A DNA stretch of 57,568 nt, filler included, from Platydemus manokwari (GCA_037951405.1; 5 parts of 5 records of this genome joined end to end with filler, not necessarily neighbours in it), one strand, 5' to 3'; numbered from the whole stretch's first letter, positions 12,100-26,389 are shown. The notes: generated by a model from the sequence alone, not told the origin. Numbers and translations: made by a program.

Positions 12100-13200
12100 T
12101 TGATCAAAAGCAATAACTTGTATCCACCTCCTTTCTCCAAGCATTATGCATATTACATTTGTCAAGATTTTCTTATCTCTCAATCATTGTTCTTAAACCT
12201 ATAACCATATCTACCAAATTTTATTTCTGCACCTTATATTCTTAATAAAACATAACTTTCAAATAAATTATCTAACTTCTCTTCTAATTTATTATCTATT
12301 TGTCTTTTATTCTTACTGTGGTACTTGGAGGTACAATCATATTCCAACCCGTATTCTCATTGTAGCTCTGCATTGTTTCCATAACATTGTACGATTCAAA
12401 TTCCTCTTTTAGAGCTAACTTGTACTATCATTTTTATTCCTAAGATTGAAATCAATTATATATTCCACTTATGTGCAGCTCGTATTCGTATGGTTCTGAA
12501 ATGTAAAAGCAAAGATTGAAATTTATTTCGAAGTTTACAGATATTTCCAATTATGGTCGTCATTGAAACTTTCCACTAAACCATCTTCGATTATATATTT
12601 ATTTCTCAATCACGACTCTTGTGAAATCTTCTCTGTCCGACATAACTTTCATTGTTACTTCATTTCGAAACATTATTTTCCATAGAAATATCCCTGCAAT
12701 GGTCTCTGGGTTACCATTTGGTATAGAGAATGCCGCAGATCATCTTGTTAGGCAGTCGGAATAATACTAATATGTATTTATTTCCTTGTGCGGCTCCTGA
12801 TAACGATCTTAATGATCTTAACAGTTAATTTATTAAATCGGTTTGGTTTTCTGAATTTCGTTCCGATTTCAATCAAAATGGTATCATTAATTATTCTTCT
12901 CTAAATGACTGCGACATCGAAAGCTATTCATAAATTTAAGAATTTGATTTTAGCAGACACTTTAAATTTCATTTTAGTTTCAATTACTATTTGAATATTT
13001 TATCCACAAATGAAAATTCATTTCATTACATTTTCGTTACCAATGTTTAATGTTCGTGCTTTATTATACCTGTCGGGATAACATACTCGTGCAGGCTGCA
13101 ATCCTTATAATATAATATACCTCATATTACATAATAATAATAAATAATTATAATAATCGCAAATAAACCCACATTAATTAAAATGTAAGCGTGTGGGCGA
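12100..13200 (-). mobile_element. Internally deleted, degenerate Ty3/gypsy LTR retrotransposon (integrase remnant, PBS, LTR end)
   Basis: Minus-strand frameshifted GNKYILVL/SDCLTR*SAAFSIPNGNPETIAGIFLWKIMFRNEVTMKVMSDR...DGLVESFN is the rve integrase core (about 12560-12800). Minus-strand AATAAA...AACA-t-TGGTAAC at about 13065-13036 looks like an LTR end plus primer-binding site. Outer boundaries are approximate. Confidence 0.7.
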
Positions 13201-13398
13201 AATTATATTAATAATAGCCTGAAAAATTTTGTAAGATTATTGTTAATTCACATTGCCATTTCATTAATAAGCGTAGCAATAGAAATTCAAATAGAAATTT
13301 AAATTGCCATGACAACGATGGTGCTTCTGCTGCTGAATGTTTTTGATTAAATTCGTAAAGCATGCAATTTCGTAAATGCTGCTCTGTTGGTTGGAAGC

Positions 13399-13498
13399 NN
13401 NNNNNNNNNNNNNNNNNNNNNNNNNNNNNNNNNNNNNNNNNNTTAATTAATTAANNNNNNNNNNNNNNNNNNNNNNNNNNNNNNNNNNNNNNNNNNNN
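13399..13498. other. Artificial contig linker (N44-TTAATTAATTAA-N44)
   Basis: Identical 100-bp spacer occurs four times; the palindromic core has TAA stops in all six frames. Confidence 0.95.
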
Positions 13499-15529
13499 TT
13501 GTCAAACTTTGAAATACGTATTTAGTTAAATAATTGTAATGAAATGTTAACATGTTTAAATACGACATTACTTTCTGGTACCCCTAATACATGATTGAAA
13601 GAATTAAGAGTTATATTCAAGGTAATAGTGTGGTTGATTTAGATTGTTTGTGCAAAACATGGGTCTTGTAAAGAAATAAAGTGTCTTTAAAATGAATTAA
13701 TTGTTTTCTTATCTTATGTTCATTCTTGTGCGCACAGTGCTCACAATTAATTTCAGTTAGTCATATTTCACACAGAAACTTGCAAAAATTAGAGGTAACA
13801 TTGATCAGAAGAACAATTTAAGAACATATACAGTTAAAACCTTATCACAAGTCAATAACAAATTATTGTACAAGACAAGATCAGCACCAGAAAGTCAAAC
13901 AGGGAGCAGATTAAGTGCTGAAAATCACTTAACAGTCAAGAATAGAACACAGATTACTGATCAAACAAGAAAAGTAGTTACTCATAGAATCCAACTTCTT
14001 CTATAAACCTATTGAGTCTGCCTACTTGATATCATGGATCTTTGTTTTTCATTTGCTGAATTTGTTCATGCATAGATATGCTAGTAGTTTTCCTAATATC
14101 TCTTGTGCTATTAGCAGATATTTGAGTTTGCTGCCATTTGTTAATATGTGCCACTCGATTTTTAACTTCTTATTATGGATTATTATTAAAAATAATCTGA
14201 TTGACTGTTGATAAGTGCGTTTATTGGATCCGTGTGTGTCAACCCTTTTTATGGTTATTTCTTTGGTTCCTGTAAATATTTTGCCTGATTATGTGACCTA
14301 CCCAACCATATGAATGAATAATACTATAAATTATTCACAGTTGAGAAAAAATAGCAAATTATTGATGATTATGAATAATACGAGATTATTCATAACCAGA
14401 AATGCTATATGAGGAGACACAAATTCACAAATTTCGACCAGTAACCACACTAAAACTTATAGATTTATGAGAAAAATTGGAATCCTTGTCAGTGAATATA
14501 ATTGATAAAACGATCATTTAACAATATAAAAATTTAAAGTAAAATTCTATAAAGAAATTTTTTGAGTGAAATATAAATATTAAAACGTATCAATGTCGTT
14601 ATCGGAACCTTCCTTCGTTGATTAAATTTTCTGACTGCTTGATTCGGTAATATAGAAATTGTAATGTGAGTGTAGTAATTTGTTTATTTGAAATTTTTTT
14701 CTAATTAAAGGGTAATTTTAACATTTGTGAAGTATTATAAACGATCATAATCATTTGGACTTTTATTTGGGTCGTATCAATAGAGTAATTTTGCATTTGA
14801 TTTTTATTTTCTGGGTTAGCCAACATGTAGTTTGACGTCCCGCTTCAGCCAACTCAAGTTATTTACTTGTATTAGATTAGCATAATCCGTAAAAAAACAT
14901 TATTACCAACATTTTCATTTTTGAATTTGTTTTCGGTGAACGTTACATCAAATGTTTAATGTTATAATAATTTCTCAACCGACAATATTGCTTGCAATTC
15001 TGTATGAAAATAGTATTACTCATAAATTTGGAAAGACCTATTTTAATTTTCGTCTTTTATTGTTCAATGCTAGAGATAGTATGTTTAGTGATCCTTTGGG
15101 TTCCTTTTATTTATTTTATATAATTAATCTCCACATATCAAGATTAATAATACAAATTTGTTTTTACATTTTAATTATTTCTTAGACATTGGAAAGCGGT
15201 TTAGAAGAATAACAGACTCAAAAGATTGTACAGATTCCACAATATGGAATTCAAAAATTGTTTGGTTAAAAGAAATGATAAGTCTTAAAAATAGAAGCTA
15301 TTCAAAATTTAAAAATCAAATAAGTAACAAAACAAGTATTTTTTGATTTTAAAGATAATAATAATATTTTTAAGTTTATAAATTTTTTATACTTGAAGTC
15401 ACTATATATATAATTTCATTTAATTTTTTAAATTTATTTTGTTTAACTATATATATTAACTCTTTAAATAATTCAAATTGAAGTATTTTTAAGATTAAAA
15501 TTAGAATAATTAAATATAGTTGTTAAATA

Positions 15530-18500
15530 ATGACATCTGAAAGCCTGGAAGGATCTGAAGATAGTAACTTTACTCAACTTCCTGAATGCCAAACATTAGA
15601 CTCCTTACTTCAGAGTTCATGTGAAACCTCTATACAATCTGATATTTTGGAACCTGGAAGCATTTGTGACCGTAATAATTTTGCTAATTTTAAATATTAA
15701 AATTCAAAGTATACATTTAGCTAAAATAAACAATCCTGACAGCTGTCCAAAGCGCAGTTGGTCTGAAAGCGTAGAACTTTATATTAGTTCTTTAAAACCC
15801 AAGGATACAGTTATTTTCATTGAGAATGTTAAGATATTTAGTAAAGGAACTAGTTACATGTCAGATTTTAGAAATTTTTATTTTGATCATATTTTAAAGT
15901 ATTGATAATTATTTGGTATTCTTTAAGTGTATTCATGGTAGGTTTTTAAATGGCGGTGAACCCTTGAAAGCCGATTTTGGTCGTGATGTTAGTAATAAAT
16001 AATTTTTTAAACTAATTTATAACATTTTATCAGGAGTATACTTCTCTTTATTCGCTGTATTCATTTTCAGCTGTGAATTCTGAGAAAAAGGAAGAATGTT
16101 TAGACACACCAATGATATTTAAAGTCATGGAAAATATGGATGTATTGGATTTTGTTGAAAGAAATCCAATGAAACAATCGTCTGATGTGAAAAAAATTCT
16201 TAAAGATGTCAAAAATATTTTTTTATATTACAATAAAATTCGAAATAACCATCCGAAAAGGAAAAGATATTTTATTCTCATTACTTGTTCGGATATAATT
16301 ATCGATGATATAAAAGATCTTGTAGATGATATCAGATCATTGAAAGTTCGGTTCAGTTTATTTAGTCCTATAAAATATGAGTCGCATATAAATTTATGTG
16401 AAATGCTGAATTATAATGGTAAAGGTTGTAAGGATTTGTCTTGCTATCATCAATCATCAAAGTGGCATGTTACCCTTAGTCATGGTATGAAATTGATTGT
16501 GTTATTTTGATTAATACTAAAAAATTAATACCATTTTGATAATATATTCAAGTACGTATTGATTATAAGTGGTTCCAAATATAATTTTATTAATTATAAT
16601 GATAATATTTCTTGTATATCAGCTTTATATAATCCTGGGAGAGACTCACATGAAGAAATTAATTTGTAATTATTTCTCGGGCGGTTATTATGGATAAATT
16701 ATTGATATATTTCATTATGACAGTGAAATGGTTATCCGATATCAATTTGAAGGCTAATATATTAATTATAATTTTATAATTATTAGTAATTGTTTTCTGT
16801 TACATCACAAGTGAGTAATAATAATAAAGTCATTGTATTTGTAATTTGCTATTTATTAATAATTCGACCATGAGATAATCATTAAGTAACGTCTTTACGC
16901 ATGAATTGGTGGGTCGATATTTGCCAGGTTGTTTAAAGAATTTAAAAATTATGTTTTTTATTAAGTAGCATAATAAATATCACTCATCTTAAAATGATCA
17001 ATTCATGGAGATGCCATTTGTGAATTTAAGAATCTCAAATAAATTTTGAAATTGTTTCCCATTGGCCCTTGAATCTATAAAAATCTAACTGGAGTTTTAT
17101 AATAATCTAGATTAATTATTACATTTCATAATAATAATATATAAATTATACAATGTTTATATATTCATTTTGTGAATGATTTTTTAATATTTTTGGTTAA
17201 TTATAGCTTAAATTTTGATTGTCTATTATTATTTTATTTTTTTATTATTGCTATNNNNNNNNNNNNNNNNNNNNNNNNNNNNNNNNNNNNNNNNNNNNNN
17301 NNNNNNNNNNNNNNNNNNNNNNNNNNNNNNNNNNNNNNNNNNNNNNNNNNNNNNNNNNNNNNNNNNNNNNNNNNNNNNNNNNNNNNNNNTCATTATATTA
17401 TTATTATTGTTATTATATTATTATTATTGTCATTATTATATTGTTATTGTTATTACAATATTAACGTTTATATATTATTATTGGATTATTTAGGATTGTA
17501 TAAAGCATTCGAATCCACAAACCAATGTCAACTTCAAAATAAAAAAGTGAAGTGGAACTCAACTAAAGAATCCGGTGAATCAACAGAATATGATTTTATC
17601 AATTTAATGAGTATTGGAAACGGTTCCATGGTTTCTCAGGTTCCGGAAAATATTATTAATCATGTCCCAATAGACATAATTGAAAATTCCATGAATAGTA
17701 ATAGTCTGTCTGTAAGACCAATGGTTAACGATCAACTTGAACCGAATTTCGGACCGACCAATATTAACAATAACAATATAAATCCATTGACCACATCTCA
17801 ATCATCTTCTTTAACACATTCTAAAAGTCAACCCAAATTCATGGCATCGTCAAATGCTTCATTTTACCAAACGACAACCTCTATAAATCAGTCACAATTG
17901 AATAAAGTTAATCAAATGCCATATTATTATAATCAAGATCAAATGTACTCAGCACCAAATAGTGTCAGTGTCAGTTCTCACAGATCCACACCATCTATTC
18001 CACATTCACAATCACCTCAGTTCCATATGGGAAATACTCATCAAAATTTGGTTCAACAATCCAGCTCTGTTCCAGAAATAGTAAGATTTGTTTATATTTT
18101 ATATTTTAAAATTCGATTTGTACCGAAATTATATTTTATTATTTCGAGAACACTTTAATTAATATTGATTAATAAATTAATTCATCTTCGAAACAATTAA
18201 TATCTTTTCGATTTGAATTTTTTGGAGAAACTTTATGAAATGTTTCTTTTGAATCCCGACGAGATGGGTATTTGATATAAATATAAAACATTATTGGAGC
18301 TCTTCACTGCATTAACAGACCGCTTATGTCTGCTTCATAACCTTGGTTCTTATCCTCTCTTAATTTTTGGTCCTCATTTTTAGTTTTTCGGCTTCATTGT
18401 CATAGGTTTAGATATTGGGATTGATTGATTGGGATTGTCCAGCCGCATCAGATCATTAGTTTCCTCCGTATCGCTTAGCTCTTTATCTTAGAGTAATCGC

Positions 18501-21500
18501 CACTGTGACATTTTCGTTTTTGTTTCATTAGCGTTGCCATGGAACTGACATTATGGTAAATCACATTGAATGTTTGAAGTTACTCAACTTTTTGATTTGT
18601 ATATCTTTAAGTCTGATTTTATGCAAGATGAGATCATTGTTTGCCTTCCAGACTTGTAATCATCTAATCACGATAGATAAATGGAATATTTACAATTTAG
18701 GCAGTTTGAGCGTAATTTGATTCACAAAGCTTGAATGTTTCTGGTGCCGATAAATCTCATGCTCTTCATAGTATCGGATAGCCATTTGATGTCAATAACG
18801 ATATTCGTTTCTATCTTGATTGAAGATTTGTTAGTCAGCTTGACAGTTCGCATTATTTGCTGGCCTAGATCACCGTTTATCTGTTCATCTATAATCTTCA
18901 TCACGTCATCATCCAGCATCACTTTCAAGTTTGACAATTACTGAAACGTGGGCTTTAGCTTCATCTTTTGTTTGGAATTTTCTGTATAATATTACATTTA
19001 AATCTAGGCATTTGTTGAATTGATTATTATAAGTTCTGCAACTATTGATCAAGTAAAACTCTTGTATTGTGAGTCTTCCTTGAAATATGGGCTTCGATTT
19101 TGATATTCGTTAAAGCATGTTCAAATCTTTCATTTCATTTTTAATTTTTACAAACATAGTGATGTGTTTTTTCAAAGAATTTTCTTATCATTGATCAAAA
19201 TTAGCTCTTGCTTTGCCATTATTGTTGCTGTTCGGGTGTTTAGAGATGAGTATTTGTATCTAATTTGTCGATTTTGATTGTTGTTTTATTACCAATAAAA
19301 ATAAATTTGCTAGATTGAGATTTTTGAATTAGTTAATTAGAACTCGAATTTTTGTTTTTTGTCTTTTAACGCAGCTATGTTGATGTCGATATGGTGATGG
19401 AGGTTTCTCATTGATATTGAGATTATTTATCCGCATTGTTGATTGTTTTACAATAATATATTCATTCCATATTGATTTGTGTCCACATTCATCATAATGT
19501 AGAGTATGTAGATACTTGTTACATTGATATTTGGGTTTTGTAACTGGATATCTAGATGGTTTCTGCCAATGTCTCGGCTTCAAATAAAGTTCCTGATGAA
19601 GTGGAGCGTTGGTTTTGAATAAATGAACGACATATAATCATTTGTGTTTTGTATTCGGTGAGTTAACTGAATTCGCGCGATCGTTGTTGTCATGGTTTTT
19701 ATCTCTGCCAAGACATATATTGTCAATACTGCAACAAACCTTCGATTCGATCTCCATGAATTCTTGTAACTAGAATGATTAAAGATTATATGTGTGTATT
19801 ATTTTAAGACAAATATAATTTACATTTTATTTGCTCGAATAACAGTAATTTTTGGGTTATCAAGTGAATTAAAGATGAAGAAAATTATTTAAATTAATTT
19901 TTAGGAAGATTTTGAGATGATTTAAAGATGATTTGGTTTATTTTCTAGATGAAGCCAAACAGTGTCGAATCATGTAATGAGCTTCATGGACAAATGAATT
20001 CTCAAATAAACTCCCAAAAATCCATTCAAATGAATCAAGATTCAGAAATGGTACAAATGCAAAGGTTTCCCTTTAACAATAACATGAATAACATGTATGG
20101 ATCTACAAATAATATGATGAACACCGGTGGTAACATGAATGCCAATCGTTTTGTTAATCGACAACAATTATATCAATCAAATATGGATCCACGATCCGGT
20201 TCAACGAATTTATTTGATGGATGGTTAATGATCGAAGATTTTAGAACCGAGTTTCGAGTATTTGTTGACCAAATGGCAAATTTAAGGTTTCGTTAATTGT
20301 TTAATGACGTTTAATTTCTCAATATGCTGTAGTCTTTTATCGATGGAATCTTGGGATCATCAATGTTTTTTAAATTATATTAACTATAACGAGTCGTTTG
20401 CTTTAAGCTTGTATGGGAAACCCAATACCGATATGGATCTCGTTAGTAATGATAATGGTTACAAGACACCGATTGATTTACAAATCAAAATGACTCCACA
20501 ATTTATTGACACGATTTTTAACACTTTAGCATCGAAATCCAATTTTTCTCTCGGCATTGTTCGACCAAGTCGACCAATACCACCGGAAGTCCATGTTCAA
20601 CTTATTTGTTTCATTTTTAATCGATCGACGACTAATTTAAAAGGTTAATTAAATTAATCGATAATCATTGTTCATTTCAATATAATTGCAGTGATGATTC
20701 CGGCCGATCCAAAGAGTTTATTAAATGAAATTAAAAGTCGAACGCCATCAATGCATCCAGGAAATCAAACAGTGAGAATATTGATTCAATATTATTGCTA
20801 ACTGTTAATATGTTTGAAAATGATATGAATGATTTATTATTGAAATTATCCAATGAATGATCACTGGATTGCTATCACTATTTATAAATATTGATTTTTT
20901 TTTAAAAATGTTTCTAAATTCTTTTTAACAATTTCATGGAAAATACTTCAATATGGTTAAAAATTTCCATGACTTGTTTATCCATTTGATATTTAATTTG
21001 AAGATCTTATCAATTTTAGATAATTAAAGTTGTGTGTTCTTCAATCAGTTTCGATATTGATTGTTTAACTTGTCAAATTATTCGCTTTTTTTTCAATGAA
21101 TTGTTTTGGAAATCTTTATCTGATATTTAGAAGCTCGGTGCCATTTATGAATAAATAATTTTATAATTATTATTTTATATATTCATTTTATATTATAAAA
21201 GCACTTTTAATTTTTTATTATTATTTATTTTTTATTTATTATTATTATTATTATTTTGTCATTATAATTATTATTAATATGTCATGGATAAATAATTTTA
21301 TTATTATTTTGTCATTATAATTATTATTTATTATGGCATGGATAAATAATTTTATTATTATTTTGTCATTATAATTATTATTAATATGTCATGGATAAAT
21401 AATTTTATTATTATTTTATTATAATTATTATTTTATACAAACATTTTAATATTATAAAATCATTTTAATTCCAAATATATAATGTTATAAATAAATAATT

Positions 21501-22451
21501 TTATCCGTGTAATTTTATACCAATTCTAAAAATCAATAATTATTATGATGGAGATCGTTTTCCTATTTTTTCTGCTGTATAATTTATGTAATATCGAGAT
21601 TCTTGTTTCATTAGCGAGCAAATTGTGTAGTATTTAATTAATGTTTGGCTAAAAATTCTGTTGTAATTTTTTTTCGATTTGAGGAAATTATTTTGATTTG
21701 AATTCCTTATCGAAATCAATTTTTTATAGTGAAGAATCAAGATGATATTTTTTCTAATAATTGGTCAAATAACAAACTCGAAATCATTAACATCTCTATG
21801 TATGAATAATTGTTGTCGATTTTCATGTAAATATCAAGCAATTTTTGAGCATTTTTTTTTTCCTTCTGTAATGTATAATTGTTTTAATTCATTAGCTTAT
21901 TTCCCAGGTTTTTTCGATATCAATTTAAAAATGTCGAATACGAGCAAGTGTTTTATTAATTTACTTGCCATGGAACACATTGAAATCTGTGAAATCAAAT
22001 TATTTTTGAATTTTCTTGAATTTTTAAAACAATAATTTATAATATTTGATACATTATATTTTAAGGGTCAGATGTACACACAGATCAAAAGAGGAAATGT
22101 CGTTCCGAATCAGGTTAATTTCCATGTTCGATCATTATATATTAATATATATAATAATAGCCATTGTATAATATTCCTCAAACAATGTCCATTCCAAGAC
22201 AAATCATGAATAGATATAGTTCACACAATTCTGCTGGAATGTCCATGATAAATAATCAAGTGTATCGCAATATGTCCCATCATCCTAATTTTATCAATAA
22301 CCAACAAATGCAAGCAAACCCCAATTATATTTTACATTCTGGCCAATATCCATCGGTTCAAAATCAATCATCTAGTCACATGATTTCAATGGATATGGGA
22401 ATGCAACCCAATCAGAACATGTACGATCAGAATGGATATGGACTCAATTGA
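15530..22451 (+). CDS. MED25: Mediator subunit 25 (VWA domain + ACID domain + Q/N/M-rich regions), about 10 exons
   Basis: Exons 15530-15671, 15721-15898, 15942-15987, 16034-16484, 17494-18080, 19949-20286, 20333-20643, 20692-20771, 22066-22113, 22161-22451, phase-compatible. VWA motifs DTVIFIE...FLNGGEPLKADFGRD (compare YFNGGPPAETDFGGD)...VRFSLFSP; ACID-like FDGWL...VFVDQMANL...ESW...VMIPADPKSLLNEIK. Confidence 0.8.
17255..17389. other. Assembly gap (135 N) within an ATT-rich tract in a MED25 intron
   Basis: Run of N flanked by (ATT)n-like sequence. Confidence 0.99.
18250..19780 (-). mobile_element. Degenerate retroelement in MED25 intron, probably LINE ORF1 (gag-like) remnant
   Basis: Higher-complexity block with broken minus-strand frames (including the 18722-18937 ORF) and a decayed knuckle-like IQCDLP*CQFHGN near 18540-18575; boundaries approximate. 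Confidence 0.4.
21248..21432. repeat. Tandem repeat, 53-54-bp unit x about 3.5
   Basis: Unit gtcattataattattattaatatgtcatggataaataattttattattatttt begins at 21258, 21311 and 21365. Confidence 0.9.
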
Positions 22452-23384
22452 TTTATGGTTTTATTTAAATAAATTAATTAATTGACACAGTTTTGGGATG
22501 TTCTTGACAATCGATTATTAATCATTTTAACACAGTTATGGACATTTGATTTATTTGTTTTTGAGTAAAAAATTCGATAAAACACTTTGATAACAAAATC
22601 AATGCAACCAGAAATAAATTTGATGATGAAACAAAAGTTTTACAAAAATCAATGAACAAGTTGTGTGCGAATAACACACCTCGTTTTTTAAAGATTTTTA
22701 ACGATTTTATATTCCTAGTTATTTTTTATCCAATAATTTAATCGATTACACATCTTTTATCATGGGTTTTATCAATAATTTCATCACATTTATCAATGTC
22801 AAAAATTTTGCGCTTTTCTAACTAAGTTTTGGAGTGTTCATTTCCAGGTTGATGTGCTTCCTTCATTATTGCTGATTTATTGCTTGTATTGATTGTAATA
22901 AAATTTTTGTTTTATTCGAGTCTGTCGTTATGTCAACCTGTTTAGTTCTGACTTTATTCACATTATATTTATGATAACTTGTTTAGTTGTCATTGTCGTG
23001 AAGGGAATTTCGACTTGTAATAATAATAACCATTCAATGATCCCCACACTTTATATTAATTGTGTCTATTCCACCTCGATATAATTATAATTCTCCTCCA
23101 ATTAAACATTTAATATAATTCAAATTTCGTCATAATCAATAAATCCTAAGGTTACTTCATGGTGATTTGAAGAGGAAAGTCTAGCAGAGCTCCAGTGATG
23201 TAGATGCACAAATCCATCCAAGCATCAAGAGTCTGGAGATAGCTTTGAAATAGATTTGACTTAAGATTCATTGATTACTTCTGAATTTCATTACCTATTT
23301 TGTGTTTCAAAAAATTAGTTTTTGTAAATATTGAATATAAAAGATATTTAATAAATACATAGACTTCGTTAGTTGTTTTGTTTT

Positions 23385-23484
23385 NNNNNNNNNNNNNNNN
23401 NNNNNNNNNNNNNNNNNNNNNNNNNNNNTTAATTAATTAANNNNNNNNNNNNNNNNNNNNNNNNNNNNNNNNNNNNNNNNNNNN
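23385..23484. other. Artificial contig linker
   Basis: N44-TTAATTAATTAA-N44. Confidence 0.95.
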
Positions 23485-24368
23485 ACTGTTCCACAGTCTG
23501 GGACGGTTGTTGTAAATCTACTATGAAGCGGCTTTGCTCTCTCCAGAAACGAGCCTTACGTTTTGTGTCTGGGCTAAACAAAGACCTGGAAAACAACCAC
23601 TTATACAGTCACCTGCAACTACTACCAATTCGCAAAAGACTAATTTTTAACAAAGCCAAACTGGTGCATAAAATTATATGTGGAAATGCTCCAAAATACC
23701 TTTTGCAGCTGGTTCAATCTCATGCTACGAAAAGCAAGCGACTCATTCCGTTGCATGTTCCTAAGCCTATATTAGACCTATACAAATCAAGCTGAGCGTA
23801 CTCTGCTGCTCACTTATGGGACTGTCTTCCACAAAACCGTTAAACTACATTTAACCCCTATTCTTTTAACCACAAATTATTTCAATACTTAATTCAAACT
23901 GATTATATGCCACCCTGAAATAAGCTGTCTTATCATATTGAGATACTGTTAGCTTTTTTGATACTGTGTATATGTTTATCTACCATTGAGGTGAATATGA
24001 CTGTGCATGTGTTTGTGTGTGCAATCACATGTGGATGACTAGATGTTTACTTCAGCGTTTCTGTATTTGCATGGATCTGTGTATGTTAGTATTGCATTTT
24101 AAACTATGCATTCCTATTTTTGCATATAGCTGTGTATGTGTCAGCTGGTGTGTGCTATTTAGTAGTGTGTGAATGTGTATATATAAGCTTATGCATGTGT
24201 TGTCTGTAATATATGCATTCATATAATGTCCAATGACACATGAAACTAGCATGCATATTGACTGTATGAAAGATGCGTGATTGAAAGGGCCGAATGTAAG
24301 ACAGACATAAATGCCTAATTTGTAACCCTTTCGAAATAAAGTTTGTTTGCTCGTTCGTTCGTTCGTAC
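23485..24368 (+). mobile_element. 3' end of a CR1/L2-group LINE (ORF2 C-terminus, 3' UTR, microsatellite tail)
   Basis: CSTVWDG...LQKRALRFV...LQLLPIRKRLIFNKAKLVHKIICGNAPKYL...LHVPKPILDLYKSS*AYSAAHLWDCLP is the typical post-RT tail; followed by a UTR ending AATAAAgtttgtttgctc(gttc)3. Confidence 0.85.
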
Positions 24369-26077
24369 GTCCCACGCAATCGTGCATATAAAGCGTTCAC
24401 GAACTGAAGTCCGGTGTATTGGTTCTGAAAGGCGCATATATAATCTGGTTACTATAACTGATTAACATAGTCCTGTGCACAGCGTCCCATCGTGGAGTGT
24501 GTAGTTTATTCTATTTACAAGTCCATTCATTGTTTGAGGATGACTCGGATACATCACTTATTTTGGATTATCCAAAAGAAAAAAATCATAAGTCGGGTGA
24601 TATGGATATTTGTTATTGCGACTAATCCGGTGATGTTGAAAAATATGGTTCAAATCTCCTCCATGATAACACCCCGATATCCAGCAAAGTCTGAAAGGAC
24701 ATTTAAAAGCATATATATAAGACATCACATTGATCCATGTATTTCGTATGCAGGGATTTTGGTTTTTATCAGACTCATAAACACAGTTATGATAAATAAC
24801 TGATCTATTAAGATTGATCCTAACTTGACTTGTTCAAATAATTTTCTTCGTGAGTTGAGGATCTTATTTGGGTAATTCAATAAAATCTTTACACAAGCTC
24901 AGTTCTTCAAGCAAAGTTCTTGAAACAAAGAAACGTTACAGCTTTTGAGACCAAAGTTCATTTAATGCGGTGAACTAAATCTTTTGAAATGCAGAGATAT
25001 TTAAATTCGCAGGATTAGCAATTGCTCCAATTTGTTTGTCGTACTTATCATTACATAGTTTGCCATGTGGTTTTTCGCCGATACTTTCAGTTAATTCAAA
25101 TTTCTCAATTAAAGAAAAAATTGACTTGTGATCGACTAATCAGCCATGGTTAAAATTGAATAGACGCGCGTCTATTAAAAATAATTCGAATTTCTTAAGT
25201 TTGTAGACTCTATTGTGAAATAACGAATACCACTTTTCAAATATTCAATAAATTCCTACAGATTTTCCTCGGGTGTTTTGTGGTAGAACACCATAAATGT
25301 ATATAAAAGTTTAAAGATTAAATTATCGACAAAAATTACACTGTTCCGACTTTTTATTGATTTTTACTAAATATATTTTCCAATTATATAACTTGAAACA
25401 ATCAGTATTATTAAATAAGCCGGATCAATCTGATATACTTGATTATTAAATCATTATTACAGTCGGAACAAGATAAATGGAATAATGACTATTTTAAACA
25501 CTTGTAAATCAATTTTATCGTTCGATTGATTTCAAGTGATATTGCCAATAAATATTTCAGCAAAAAAACAATGCAGTGCGATTGATATAGATGAAGATCT
25601 TTTAAATATCTTATTGTTTTCAGATAATTATATCTACATCAACATATCTTCAATAGATTATTACTGGCACTGTATCAAGCATTGTTCTATGTGACACTGG
25701 AAGAATATTATTGTTTTAAATAAAGCACCATTAATTAAAATAAAATTTTATTGCTAATATTTACGAATGAATTTATCTTATTTTCAATGTGTATGTTTTT
25801 CCAGTCTATCGGATAACTTTTTTTTACTATTCACCTTTGAACATTTTTTTATTTGTTTTTCTGAATTAAATTTTCAACTTGTTTCCTTAGGTTGTTTACT
25901 TGGTCTTATATAAATAGATATATGATGTTCATTTAAGCTTAGTCATCATGTATAATGTACAAAGAGTTTTGATTCATCTCGTACAAGTACAATAACATCA
26001 TAAATAATAACTGTATTTGATATCATCATCATCGTCATCAGTAGCTGCTGTTAATTATCTCACAAATCAAGATTATC

Positions 26078-26301
26078 CAGGGTGACCAAAAAGTAGGTTT
26101 AGAGTCATTAAAGTGTGTGTATGTCAGAATGTCCTGGAGAAATTTGAAGAAATTTGCAATGTTAAAGTAGGATATTTTGAGCATCTGAGAGATTAAATAG
26201 CTTATGTTAACAGATCTAACTAAAATTCCCGCTATTTTAGTTTTGAACTTTCAAATAAATAGTCTACGTGATAACTGTGAACCTAGTTTTGGGCCACCTT
26301 G
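26078..26301. mobile_element. Tc1/mariner-type MITE
   Basis: Imperfect terminal inverted repeats cagggtgaccaaaaagtaggtttagagt and actgtgaacctagttttgggccaccttg, followed by TA; no coding capacity. Confidence 0.75.
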
Positions 26302-26389
26302 TACTTATAAAAATAAAAACTATTTAAGACATGAGTTTATATAATTTATTGATTTAGTAAATACTTTTTGAAATATATTTTTTGATCAG

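Noticed and set aside
12620-12640. U6-like ACAGAGAAGATT on the minus strand
   Set aside because: Falls within integrase-coding remnant; no other U6 sequence around it.
13443-13454. Palindromic TTAATTAATTAA recurring about every 10 kb as a biological periodic signal
   Set aside because: Always centred in exactly 44+44 N; it is a six-frame-stop assembly linker.
18629-18650. bantam-like tgagatcattgt
   Set aside because: Only the 5' half matches, it lies inside a retroelement relic, and no hairpin partner is evident.
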